Origin: an uncultured Spirochaetota bacterium
GTDB taxonomy: Bacteria; Spirochaetota; UBA4802; UBA5550
NCBI GenBank assembly: GCA_963827275.1
Contig: CAWHAA010000004.1
Location: forward strand, 96,001-160,000
Direction of reading: 5' to 3'
DNA length: 64,000 nt
This document shows positions 8,716-19,217 of this stretch, in pieces. Both the position numbers and the translations under genes were made by a program. Under the pieces are notes generated by a model that was given only the letters and a program-made list of their open reading frames with translations, ran no database searches and was not told where the DNA came from. Every line of letters begins with the position of its first letter. The stretch's first letter is position 1.

Positions 8716-11700
8716 TTATTTCATTTCGGAAGCGCTGATCGCGCGGTCCGACGGCGTTCCGTTGCCTTTTGCGGGGGCCGGTGCGCGCACGGAAAATATG
8801 TTCTCCCTGCCGCGCTCGAACGAAAACGATCCCCCGAGCTGGCGGGCCAGCATCTTCACCAGGAGCGTCCCGAACCCCTTCGGTTTGTCCAGGTCGAAAT
8901 CGGCGGGCGGACCGGCACCGTCGTCCGATACCGCGAGTTCTATCCAGCCGCCCGTCTCCCGGAGCCTCACCCGGATGGTGCCGGACCCTCCCCGCGGGAA
9001 GGCGTATTTCAGCGCATTGGTCAGCAGCTCGTTCGTGACAAGCCCCCAGGCCGTGGCGTTTTTCGGTGATACCGCAAGGGGCTCGCATTCCCTCTCAATG
9101 GTTATCGCGCTCATGCCGGACAGATACGTGGCTGTCAGGGATGAGATGATCGACTGGATGTATTCGTCGAGGTTCACGAGCGCGGCCCGGTCGGGCCGGG
9201 AAAAGAGCGAGTAGAGCTGCGCCAGGGAGTCTATCCGCCCCTTGAGGCTTTCAAGCGCCGTGAGCGCGCCGGCGTTCTCCGGCCGGTCCATCTCGAGCGA
9301 GATCAGGCTTATGATCATGGAAAGGCTGTTTTTCATCCTGTGCTGGAGCTCGTGGAACAGCGCGTCCTTTTCGCGCAGGGAATTTTCGAGCGCGGCGGCG
9401 GCCAGCTTCCTTTCGGTTATATCGCGGATGATTGTAAAAAGGTGCTCGTATCTCTTTTCCTGGAGACTGGCGCTGACTTCCACGTCAATGGTGGTACCGT
9501 CTTTCCTCCGGTGGCGGGTTTCGAAGCGCATGGACCCCTCCTGGAGAAATTTATTGGCGCGAAGTACCATCTCCTCAAGATTAAAATTGACATCGAGGTC
9601 CGTGAGATGCATGCTCAGCAGCTCCTCCCTGCTGTAGCCGAGCATCTTCGTGTAGGTGTCGTTGGCTTCCACGACGAGTCCGGTCTTGTCCAGTATGATG
9701 AAACCGTCACTGGCGTTCTGCATGAAGGCCGTATAGCGCTCTTCCGACCGCTTGCGCTCGGTAATGTCGGTATGGGTGCCGATCACCCGCAGGGGCCTGC
9801 CGTCCGGGGTGCGGCTCATGATTTTACCGCGGTCCAGTATCCACCGGTATTCGCCGTTCTTGCATCGTATGCGGTGCTCGTTTATATAGACTGGTATCGT
9901 GCCGTCTAAATGCCGCTTGAGATCGGCATACACGCGCTCCCGGTCGTTCGGGTGGATCCGGCTGTCCCATTCATCGAGCGCCGTGCCGATTTCATGCTCC
10001 GCATAGCCGAGCATCGCCTTCCACTGCCGTGAAAAAAACACTTCACTGGTCTGGACGTTCCAGTCCCATACGCCGTCCCCGGCGCCCTCGAGCGCGAAAA
10101 GCCAGCGCTCCTCGCTTTCCCGCAGCGCCTTCTCGGCCAGCTTGCGCTCGGTGATATCGCGCGCGGAGGAGACATGCAGGGAACGCTCGCCGGACCAGAA
10201 GAACTGGGCCCGCACCTCTACCGGGTACTCGGTACCGTCCTTGCGCCGGTGCACGCTCTCGAAAACCGTTGACCCGCCCTGGCGGTTGTTATGATAGCGC
10301 GCCATGTCAGCTTCCCACTGCTTCCTAGAAAGGGAGGGGTTGATGTCCCACAGGTCCATGCCCAGCAGCTCCTCCCTCGTGTACCCGAGCGAGCGGCATG
10401 CTTCCTCGTTGACGTATTCGAACCCTCCGTCATGGGTAAGCCAGAACACGATTTCGGTGGACTGGTCAATGGTCTGCTGGAACTTGTTCAGGTATTCTTC
10501 AGCCCGCTTCTGCTCGGTAATATCCGCCAGGAACCCCCTGAGTCCCGCCGGGCGGCCGTCACGGATAATGATGGAGGTGTTGATCAGGACCGGGAACCTG
10601 GTCCCGTTCTTTGTCCTGGCGGTGTACTCGGTCAGGCCGGTCAATTCGCCCCTCAGGGCCTTCCCGTAATTCTCTATGCCCCGCTGGTGCTCCTCGGGGA
10701 CGATGATGTCCAGGAAGGTCAGTCCCCGTTCCACTTCTTCACTTGTGTAACCGAACCGCGCAAGCGAGGGCTCGTTCACGAAGGTGATCCTGCCCTGCAG
10801 GTCGGTCTCGAACACGGTCTCCGGCAGATTGTGCAGGAGGCTGCTGAATCGTTCCTCGTTTTGCCTGATGGTTTCTTCCATGTGAAGGCGTTCGGTGATG
10901 TCCATGATCGAAGAAACGCTCTCTTTCGTCCCCGGGATCATGGAGATGCTCAAGGATAAATGCTTGATCTCTCCGGACTTGGTCTTCGCCCTGAATTCAT
11001 AGATTTGCGGTGTGGCCTCGGGGTCGGTCCTTCGCCGGTAGTGATACTTTTTCATCTTCTCCAGGTCTTCCTCGACAACCAGGGCGGTCCAGCTCATCCT
11101 GCCTTCAAGCTCCTCCCTGGTGTACCCCGTGAGCTTTTCGAAATTTGAATTTACGAGAATAAATATTGTATCTTCACCCACAATGCTGTTGGCGGTGGCG
11201 GCTTTTTCAAAGATAGTGCGGTATTTTTCTTCGCTGCACCGTATCAATTCTTCCGCGAGCTTGCGCTCCGCCAGCGCTTCGGTAAGCTGGGCCTCGCGCT
11301 GCTTCAAGTCACGGTGCGCGTCATGGAGTTTGAAGGCCATGCGTATGGACGCGAGAAGGACGGTTTCCCCGGAGTTTTTAACGACGTAGCCGTAGGAGGT
11401 GATCCGTTCCGTCTTTTCAACCACCGCCGGCTCGGTATGGTTGGAGAGAAAAAGCACGGGAATATCGAGGTGGTCCAGTATGACCTCCGCGGCCCGGGTG
11501 CCGTCCATTCCCTTGCCGAGATCGATGTCCATCAATACCAGGTCTATCCCCGGATGGAAGGCGGCTGTTTCTATGGCTTCCTCGCCTGAATGCGCAATGA
11601 GAACGGCATACCCGTGCCGCTCAAGTGTGTGCGTCTCCTCCAGGGCAATTATTGCTTCATCATCGACGATGAGGATGGTCTTTCTGCTGTCGTTACTCAT
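8716..11700 (-). CDS. Receiver-multi-PAS-HisKA_2 histidine kinase
   Basis: N-terminal ILIVDDE and LVLMDI receiver motifs, about 5 PAS/PAC repeats (DITERK), then ELQHRMKN, NELLTNALKY and DDGAG. Confidence 0.92.
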   Translation of the reverse strand: MSNDSRKTILIVDDEAIIALEETHTLERHGYAVLIAHSGEEAIETAAFHPGIDLVLMDIDLGKGMDGTRAAEVILDHLDIPVLFLSNHTEPAVVEKTERITSYGYVVKNSGETVLLASIRMAFKLHDAHRDLKQREAQLTEALAERKLAEELIRCSEEKYRTIFEKAATANSIVGEDTIFILVNSNFEKLTGYTREELEGRMSWTALVVEEDLEKMKKYHYRRRTDPEATPQIYEFRAKTKSGEIKHLSLSISMIPGTKESVSSIMDITERLHMEETIRQNEERFSSLLHNLPETVFETDLQGRITFVNEPSLARFGYTSEEVERGLTFLDIIVPEEHQRGIENYGKALRGELTGLTEYTARTKNGTRFPVLINTSIIIRDGRPAGLRGFLADITEQKRAEEYLNKFQQTIDQSTEIVFWLTHDGGFEYVNEEACRSLGYTREELLGMDLWDINPSLSRKQWEADMARYHNNRQGGSTVFESVHRRKDGTEYPVEVRAQFFWSGERSLHVSSARDITERKLAEKALRESEERWLFALEGAGDGVWDWNVQTSEVFFSRQWKAMLGYAEHEIGTALDEWDSRIHPNDRERVYADLKRHLDGTIPVYINEHRIRCKNGEYRWILDRGKIMSRTPDGRPLRVIGTHTDITERKRSEERYTAFMQNASDGFIILDKTGLVVEANDTYTKMLGYSREELLSMHLTDLDVNFNLEEMVLRANKFLQEGSMRFETRHRRKDGTTIDVEVSASLQEKRYEHLFTIIRDITERKLAAAALENSLREKDALFHELQHRMKNSLSMIISLISLEMDRPENAGALTALESLKGRIDSLAQLYSLFSRPDRAALVNLDEYIQSIISSLTATYLSGMSAITIERECEPLAVSPKNATAWGLVTNELLTNALKYAFPRGGSGTIRVRLRETGGWIELAVSDDGAGPPADFDLDKPKGFGTLLVKMLARQLGGSFSFERGRENIFSVRAPAPAKGNGTPSDRAISASEMK

Positions 11701-11875
11701 TGGAGAAAACAAAAAATAGTTGATATGGATGCACTGTGAAAAACATTAATAACAAATTTATCTTTATTACACAGAAAAAATCAATATAAAAATTTCGGCC
11801 CGCCGGATTCCCTGAAAATGTCTTGACATGCTCTATAATTGCAAAAATAGCTTGTCTTTTGATCAGGAGAAAGGA

Positions 11876-13135
11876 ATGAAATTCAGGCTCATCTATCCGC
11901 GGTGGGAGAAGCTCCCCGGGCAGACCACCTTCAACCTGCCCCCGCACGGGCCAGCGGTGATGGCCGCCGCCCTGCCGGATTACGTCGATGTCGAATTCAT
12001 CGACGAGAACCTGGAGCGCGTGAACTTCGACGACCCGGTCGATTTTGTCGGCATATCCATGATGCTCACCACCCAGGTGAAGCGGGGATGGGAGATCGCG
12101 GACGAATACCGCAGGCGCGGCGTGAAGGTTATTTTCGGCGGCATCTCAACCATGCTCCACGCGGAAGAGACCGCCGGGCACGCGGACGCCGTGTTCATGG
12201 GGGAGGCCGAGGGAAAAATGGAGGAGGTGTTTGCGGATTTCAGGAACAATCGCCTGAAAAAGCTCTACGCCTTCATGGACGACCTCCCGCCCATCGAGAC
12301 CGTGGGGCCGGCCCGCCGGAGCATCTACAAGCGCGACCTCTATTACTACAAGGGGGTGCAGATGGTGGACCTGGTCCACGCCTCGCGCGGGTGCCGGTTC
12401 AACTGCTATCCCTGCGCCGTGGCCTACCTGGGGGGAAGAAAGTTCAGGCCCCGTCCCATTGAACGGGCGATCGAGGAGATGGCGCTTACCGACAACAATC
12501 GCCTGTTCGTGGTGGACAATTCCCTCGCGCAGGACACGCAGTGGGAAAAGGACCTCTTCCGGGAGATGATCCCGCTGAAAAAGAACTGGTGCTGCCACAC
12601 CATCGAGGACAAGCCGGAGGTGCTCGACCTGGCGCGGCAGGCCGGGGCGTGGTACGTGTACCAGGCCGTCTTCGACACGTCGGACTTCATCAAGGAGCGC
12701 ATCAAGCGCTACCACGACCACGATATCGCGGTGGAGGGGACGATCCTCCTGGGCCTCGATGACCACGACGAGGACTACGTCAAGCGGCTCATCGATTTTC
12801 TCCTGGAGATCGACCTCGATCTCGCGGAGTTCACCGTGCTCACGCCCTTCCCTCACACCAGGGCCTACACCGAGCTTGAGGCGCAGGGCCGGATTTTTGA
12901 CCATGACTGGAACCACTTCAACGCGGCCAACGTGGTGTATACCCCGAAGCTCATGAGCCCGGAGCGGCTCAAGGAGCTCTATCACTTCGCATGGGAGCGC
13001 TTTTACCAGGACGAGCCCCAGCAGATGAAGATGTTCAAGCTGATACAAAAAGTGGTGGAGCGGGAGCGCGCGGCGGGCACATACCGGCCCCGGCGCCGCG
13101 ACCTGATGCGGAAGGCCTTCGGTGAAGCCCTGTAG
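11876..13135 (+). CDS. B12-binding radical SAM protein
   Basis: Cobalamin-binding N-domain (VGIS, FGG, GEAE) and RGCRFNCYPC; AGGAGAAAGGA upstream of ATG 11876. Confidence 0.88.
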   Translation: MKFRLIYPRWEKLPGQTTFNLPPHGPAVMAAALPDYVDVEFIDENLERVNFDDPVDFVGISMMLTTQVKRGWEIADEYRRRGVKVIFGGISTMLHAEETAGHADAVFMGEAEGKMEEVFADFRNNRLKKLYAFMDDLPPIETVGPARRSIYKRDLYYYKGVQMVDLVHASRGCRFNCYPCAVAYLGGRKFRPRPIERAIEEMALTDNNRLFVVDNSLAQDTQWEKDLFREMIPLKKNWCCHTIEDKPEVLDLARQAGAWYVYQAVFDTSDFIKERIKRYHDHDIAVEGTILLGLDDHDEDYVKRLIDFLLEIDLDLAEFTVLTPFPHTRAYTELEAQGRIFDHDWNHFNAANVVYTPKLMSPERLKELYHFAWERFYQDEPQQMKMFKLIQKVVERERAAGTYRPRRRDLMRKAFGEAL

Positions 13136-13137
13136 CC

Positions 13138-13962
13138 CTATTTTTGAATGACAACGACCGTGCAGTCGTCGAATTCTTTTATCTCCTTGTGTCCGGCACG
13201 GATTCTTTCCATTAATTCTTTAACCTGCCCCGTGTTGCGATAGGGGAGCGAGTCCGGCACACTGTCTGTCAGTGTCTTTTTATCCAGGCCCATTTCCCTG
13301 CCGGTTTTGAACAGGGCATTGATCCATTTTCGTTCGGTCCTGAACTCCTTTGGCTGTGTCAGTCCGACAATTAACCATTCGAAATTAACCCGCGCCATGC
13401 TTTTCCCTGTCCATTTCTGTATGGGAATGGCGCAGAGGGGCGGGAATTTCTCCGCTATTTCATTGATCTCGAAGATCCTCTTCATGCGGTACATGCTGCC
13501 TGAGTCAATGACGCCGATTTTCCTGTAGATTTTTTCTATGCGTCCGGGTATTTTATAAAAAGCTACAAAAATATTTCCCCTCCTGCGGCAAACCCTTTTT
13601 GCTTCGTCTATGAAGGCGGTGATTGCCGCTTCATCGGCGCCATAGTCGACCACGCCTGACGAAATGATGACCGTGGAGTATGAATCATCCTTGAATGGAA
13701 GTTTCCCGGCATCTCCTTCAACTATATCGAGATTATATTTTTCTTTCGCGACTTTTACCATGTCCGGATTTATGTCAAGGCCCGTTACCCTGATGCCTTT
13801 TCCCTTCAGATACCGGACGATAAGACCCTGGCCCGCGCCGATAACCAGGACATCGGGTTTTATCCGGTCAATAAGTGACCCGGTTGGCTTGGTGCCGAAG
13901 TGCCTGTCTTCAATATGGTCCCATACCGGGGCCCAGGTGCTCCACCATTTGTCCGCTTCCAT
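13138..13962 (-). CDS. Class I SAM-dependent methyltransferase
   Basis: VLVIGAGQG, GLDIN and GDAGKLPF motifs. Confidence 0.82.
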   Translation of the reverse strand: MEADKWWSTWAPVWDHIEDRHFGTKPTGSLIDRIKPDVLVIGAGQGLIVRYLKGKGIRVTGLDINPDMVKVAKEKYNLDIVEGDAGKLPFKDDSYSTVIISSGVVDYGADEAAITAFIDEAKRVCRRRGNIFVAFYKIPGRIEKIYRKIGVIDSGSMYRMKRIFEINEIAEKFPPLCAIPIQKWTGKSMARVNFEWLIVGLTQPKEFRTERKWINALFKTGREMGLDKKTLTDSVPDSLPYRNTGQVKELMERIRAGHKEIKEFDDCTVVVIQK

Positions 13963-14105
13963 TGCATCCTCGCACGGTCATGTATTTTTTGAAAACCTGT
14001 TCCTGTGAATTCATAGGGTCGTACGTTAGTTGAGCAATAGTCAACATATTTTTGAGAACAATGGACTGAGCCGTGCCCGACCCGGATTCACCGATAACTA
14101 TCGGT

Positions 14106-14981
14106 TTACCCTTCTCCCCGGGTATTCCGGGCAAGGTCAACGGCCGCGGCGCGCTCCTTCGTGCGGCCGCTGAAGGACATTTTGGGCGCCGGCGTCTCCG
14201 GCCTGGCTTTTATTGTCACCTCGCCGCCCGTGTTCAAGTTTTTCCCAATATGCGCTTTTCGCGCCGGTTGCATCTTCAGGTAAAGCCTGCCCAGCCTTCC
14301 CAGGGGCACCCTCTCGCCCAGGAGCATGCCGCTTTCTATAATCATCAGGTAATCGTCAATGATCTTCCTGGCTTCCTTCCGTGTAATGTCATTTCGCGCC
14401 GCCACCTGCTGGATTATGGATTTTGTTGTAAATTGCAGGTCTTCCAGGTCCTTGTTGATGGTGAGCGACTTGTTTATTCTCACAAAGCCGTTGGTCAGGA
14501 AGAGCACGGCCTCGTGTAACCTCATTTCCTGCTCCTCCGGTCCTACCCCGTCGCGGCATACCGCTATCTTGAAAAGGGCCGATGTGCTTTTTATGACACC
14601 GGTTTCGAACTCGAGTATGTTATCGGTTCCGGTATCGGCCTTTATTTTTGCTTCCGCGGTTTTTAACATTTCCGGCACATCCGCGCGCAGCTTTATGCTG
14701 TAGTACTCCATCCAGCGCTGCCCGTCGCGCGGCGGGCCCAGGCTGATGAGGGAGCCGGAATATGTCAGTGCCAGCGCGCCCCTGGGGTCGTCCGCGGCGA
14801 ACATGCCGGTCTCTGTCATGTCCAGAGATTTAATCTGGGCCTCGAATAGATTCCTCTTGTCGATCCAGTTTCTGGAGATGTCTTCAAGCGATTCCTCATT
14901 CTCCGGGAGCCCGGAGGAACGCATAATCTCGCGCAGGTGCTCCTGGATATGCCCGGGCAGGGCGGTGAATGCTTGTTCCAT
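14106..14981 (-). CDS. Unknown N-terminal domain fused to C-terminal HU/IHF-family DNA-binding domain
   Basis: The C-terminal ~95 aa (TTKSIIQQVA...GERVPLGRLGRL...PARKAHIGKNLNTGGEVTIKARP..PKMSFS) is HU-like. The N-terminal ~180 aa is paralogous to 15314-15850. Confidence 0.8.
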   Translation of the reverse strand: MEQAFTALPGHIQEHLREIMRSSGLPENEESLEDISRNWIDKRNLFEAQIKSLDMTETGMFAADDPRGALALTYSGSLISLGPPRDGQRWMEYYSIKLRADVPEMLKTAEAKIKADTGTDNILEFETGVIKSTSALFKIAVCRDGVGPEEQEMRLHEAVLFLTNGFVRINKSLTINKDLEDLQFTTKSIIQQVAARNDITRKEARKIIDDYLMIIESGMLLGERVPLGRLGRLYLKMQPARKAHIGKNLNTGGEVTIKARPETPAPKMSFSGRTKERAAAVDLARNTRGEG

Positions 14982-15313
14982 AATAGCTCCTGTTATGTTG
15001 TAATAGATTGCATTGAAAAATTATTCATACAGTAAATGAATCATTAATACATATAAAAATTTTCCGGTGATAACAATATTTTTATTCCGGAACGTGCTGA
15101 AAATATTGGAATGTACGCCGGGCGGGGAACAAATTTCACATTTTTTCCCAAATAGACTCCTGATAATACTAAAAAATCGGGGAATTCGCCTGAAAAAATA
15201 TTTTTTTCATCCCGGATGTTGACGCTGGTCTGAATTATCCGTATATTTACTGGTTTTTTGGTCGCTCGTATCCGGCCATAAACAATAATAAAATAACAGA
15301 TATGGAGGAAATT

Positions 15314-15850
15314 ATGGGTGAGCATTTCGAACAGATACCACAAAACATTCAGGGGCACATCAAAGACATATTAAAAACCTCGGGACTGCCTGAAACCGAG
15401 GAGTCGCTTGACGTTATGTCCGAGGCCTGGCTCAAAAAAAAGGAGGCATTTGAAACAGAGATAGAAAAGCTCGAAATGGAAGAGGTCGACATGCTGGCGC
15501 GGGACGATACCCACGGCGCCCTGGTGCTGACCTACTCGGGCTCTCTGGTGAATATCGGCCCTCTTTCGGAGAGTGGCAGGAAGGTTGAATACGTGAGCAT
15601 AGGAATCAGACAGGACGTTCCGGAAAGCGCGGAGGAAGACAATTCCATGCTCGCGGGAGACGTTTTTAAAGACGAAGAGGTGGAGTTTGACAAGGGCCCG
15701 GTACAGGTGACTTCGGCAGCGTATAAGATCGCGCTGTGCAAGAACCCTAAAAACGCGAAGCAGGAGACGAAATCTCTGTCAAAAGCGACGATGATTCTGT
15801 CAAATAAATTCAGCGATATAAATAAAACGGTCATCAGCAGCGAGTTTTAA
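15314..15850 (+). CDS. Hypothetical acidic protein, stand-alone paralog of the HU-fused domain
   Basis: Shares SGLPE.EESL, GAL.LTYSGSL...GP and EY.SI..R.DVPE with 14106-14981; GGAGG RBS. Confidence 0.8.
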   Translation: MGEHFEQIPQNIQGHIKDILKTSGLPETEESLDVMSEAWLKKKEAFETEIEKLEMEEVDMLARDDTHGALVLTYSGSLVNIGPLSESGRKVEYVSIGIRQDVPESAEEDNSMLAGDVFKDEEVEFDKGPVQVTSAAYKIALCKNPKNAKQETKSLSKATMILSNKFSDINKTVISSEF

Positions 15851-16103
15851 CAGCTCTCACTGCACGGCAGATTTGCTGCTCAACGTGCCGGTTGCATGAT
15901 TTTGAAGGGACTGACCCTGCCGGTCCGGACCTTCATGATGATGAACCGGCAATTTTGCAGCAATTCCTGCTGTAATTTTAAACGGGACGAGCATGATGGG
16001 CGCGTTGGCGGCCCTTTCGTATGCCTGTTGAAGCTGATGACGGGATCCGACTACATTAATATTACATTGCGGACCGGACAAAAACAATGCAGTCCGAGTG
16101 CTT

Positions 16104-17144
16104 ATGGAAATGACATATACCTGTCTGGAAAAAGAACTGATACATATATACGAGCGGGATCATACACCGGGTGTGGCCGAACTGGGCAGGCTGACAGCGG
16201 AAACAAATAACCTGTTCATGCGCGAGGATCCGGATATGAGGCCCCGGGACAGTGCGGGTCTTCCGGGCGGGATCATCTGTTTAAACCGTGATATACCCTG
16301 CATCCTTCTCCCGGACATACACGCCCGGCTGGATTTTCTTCTCAGCGTGCTGTTGGCAAGGGATGATACCGGAGTCAACTGCCTGGAGCGCCTGTTTGGC
16401 AATGAAATCCAGATCGTCTGCCTGGGCGACGGGATGCATTCGGAAGGAAGGGCGTACGAACGGTGGAATGCGGCAGCCAGGGAGTTTTTCAGTAATTATC
16501 GCAGGCACCGCAACATGGATGACGAGATGCGCGAAAGCCTGGGTATCATGGAAATGGTAATGCTCCTTAAAAACGCGTTCCCGCGGAATTTTCATTTTTT
16601 AAAAGGCAACCATGAAAATATAACCAATGAAGACGACAACGGCAACCATCCCTATGTCAAGTACGCCTTCGAAGGAGAAATGGTCGCCCTGTACATGGCC
16701 ATGTTTTACGGGCCGGATTTCGTGGGCCACTATCGCCGGTTTGAGGGGAACCTGCCGGTCCTTGCGGTGGGAAAAAATTTCATGGTATCGCATGCGGAGC
16801 CGGCCGGCTATTATTCCCGTGAAGAAGTAATCAATTACCGGACCAACCCGCTGGTCGTTGAAGGGCTTACGTGGACCGACAACGATGCAGCGGAAGAGGG
16901 GAGCGTGGCCTGTATGCTGTCTGAATACCTGGGACCTGACGCGGACCGCGGCTTCTATTTCGGCGGCCACCGGCCGGTGGCCGCACGCTATGACAAACGG
17001 GCCGATGGAAAATATATTCAGATCAATAGCCCGGATAAATTTATTATTGCAAAAATCGATCCGCTGAAGGATATCTCTTTAGAAGAAGATGTCATAGAGA
17101 TCGAAAACTCCGCATCACGAATCGTGAGCGATTATGGCGGATGA
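16104..17144 (+). CDS. Calcineurin-like metallophosphoesterase
   Basis: PDIH, LGDGMH, KGNHE, SHA and GGH metal-binding motifs. Confidence 0.85.
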   Translation: MEMTYTCLEKELIHIYERDHTPGVAELGRLTAETNNLFMREDPDMRPRDSAGLPGGIICLNRDIPCILLPDIHARLDFLLSVLLARDDTGVNCLERLFGNEIQIVCLGDGMHSEGRAYERWNAAAREFFSNYRRHRNMDDEMRESLGIMEMVMLLKNAFPRNFHFLKGNHENITNEDDNGNHPYVKYAFEGEMVALYMAMFYGPDFVGHYRRFEGNLPVLAVGKNFMVSHAEPAGYYSREEVINYRTNPLVVEGLTWTDNDAAEEGSVACMLSEYLGPDADRGFYFGGHRPVAARYDKRADGKYIQINSPDKFIIAKIDPLKDISLEEDVIEIENSASRIVSDYGG

Positions 17145-17260
17145 AAATCGAGCGAAACCGTGATTGTCGGCTTTTGTGTATGATTGGAAACGTGGATGCG
17201 CCTGATGTATAAAAAACAACGCCGGCGTAATTATTTAATATCCGTATAACAGGAAGAAGC

Positions 17261-19191
17261 ATGAAAACGAAGGTTGGAAAATATTTTGTAACCGAAAGAA
17301 TAGCCAGGGGCGGAATGGGCGAGATATTAAAGGCCAAACACCCTACCTTGAATAAGGACGTCATTTTGAAGCGCCTGACGTTCAGCGCCAAAGAGGTGGT
17401 CATTGAAAGATTTAAACGAGAGGCCCAGCTGCAGATCGATTTCCGCAATGATAACATAGTACAGGTGTTTGACCATTTCAAGGAAGGACTTTCCTATTAC
17501 ATCGTAATGGAATATGTCAACGGCATTTCACTGGACGCCCTGATAGAAAAAAACAGGTATCTGCCCAACGAGATTGCCCTGTTGATATTTTACCAGATAG
17601 CCAGGGCGCTGAAATACGCACATGACAAGGACGTGATCCACAGGGACATCAAACCGGCTAACATTTTAATATCCACGAGAGGGCATTGTAAAGCTGACCG
17701 ATTTCGGTATCGCCACCTCCAAGGATTACCACGACAAATACCTGACCAGGGAGATGACCCTCGGCACCCCGGCCTATATGTCGCCCGAACAGATAACCGA
17801 CACCAGAAATGTTGACAAACGGGCCGACATCTATTCCATGGGGGTCGTGTTGTATGAGATGGTGACCGGGAAATGCCCCTATGCATGCGATATATCCTCC
17901 GAGAACATACACCGCATACAAAAAGGTAAGTACACCAGACCTTCGAAGCTGAACCCGAAGGTTTCCCCGGTTGCCGGCCGCATCATCAAAAAGGCGATGC
18001 ATCACAAAATAAAAAAGAGGTATAAAGACTTAGAGGAGATAATAAGGATTCTTTCGGTCCAGCTTAAAAAATATAAAAGCCAGGAAATGATGGATGAAAC
18101 CATCCGGCTTTTTGTTCAGGGAAAAACCGCGGACACGAAGAAGGTCAAAAAACAGGAGAGCCGCCGCAGCACGTACCGTCTCCGGCGCGCGGCATACTGA
18201 AGGCGGCAATCGCCTTCTGCGTTTTCGCCGCGATAATGGCCGGCGCCGGTTTTTACGCTTATCAAAAGGGATATCACCACGAGTTTTACGGGGCCGATGA
18301 ATTCGGCGCCCTGCGTGCGGAGATTACAATAAACACGATGGGACAGAACGAGGCGGCGCGTTATATACGGGGGACGCTGCTGGTGCGCGGACCAAAGGGA
18401 TATACGCCCGGGCAGAACGGAATTCTGGAATTCACCCCGGATGGGCCTGGAGAATGAAGATGCGGTAACCGCATATGCATCACCGAGAATGTATTTGCCA
18501 TCCGGTTCTTACCGGCTCATGGTCGATATAGACAACAGGATTTACCAGCGTGATTTTTTCCTTAAGCCGCGTGCGGCGCAGAAGAGCGAGAAAGAATACA
18601 GCAACGCCCAGGTAATCTCCATAGATCATACCCCGATACCCGCCATGCCGGTCTTTATTACGTATGAAGTACGTGATGCGGGTTCGGGCAGGGTTATCAC
18701 TGGAGAAACAGACTGTTTATATACTATTACAACAAATGGGTGAAGTGGCAGGAGTTCATTAATAGACCGGACTCCGATGCATTTCTCGTGAGCGGCAAGA
18801 AATATATTTTTAACTTTAATAACAACAACTACCTCAACCGGACGGTAAGTATAGACGTGCTGCCGCACCAGTCCCGGGTTGATATCCAGGCGGAGATGGC
18901 GCCCGTTCCCGGCGTTCTGCTTATCAAGTCAAGTGAGCCCGGTGTCGAGGTGCTCATTAATAATAACCAGTATTACATTGAAGGCGGATCGAATGCCAGG
19001 ATTGTAAAACTCGGGACGCTGTTGCCGGAGGTGCGCCGCATTGTGCTCTCGCCGAACAGCTATTATATTACCGCGCGGACAGAAGGGGATCGTAAAAACG
19101 GAATCAATTCGAAATCAATCCGAAAAAATACACTCGTGTGATCGTCAACGTGAACAGGGAAAATAATACTATTGAATTCAATGTTTTTTAG
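17261..19191 (+). pseudogene. Hanks-type Ser/Thr protein kinase with TM segment and extracytoplasmic beta (PEGA-like) region; about five frameshifts
   Basis: IARGGMG, ILK, HRDIKPAN, then (other frame) KLTDFG, GTPAYMSPE and DIYSMG; TM near 18200-18260; fragments continue to TAG at 19191. Confidence 0.8.
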
Positions 19192-19217
19192 CTCAAACCA
19201 ATAACAAGGAGCGCGAT

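Noticed and set aside
8716..11700. PAS kinase as the dedicated regulator of the cluster
   Set aside because: A generic architecture also seen at 42637-44349; only proximity supports it.
11823..11839. TTGACA and TATAAT upstream of the second radical SAM gene
   Set aside because: The spacer is only 5 bp, so these do not form one promoter.
15857..16210. Small ORFs between the hypothetical gene and the phosphoesterase
   Set aside because: No RBS or motif, and they overlap in conflicting frames; cannot be supported.
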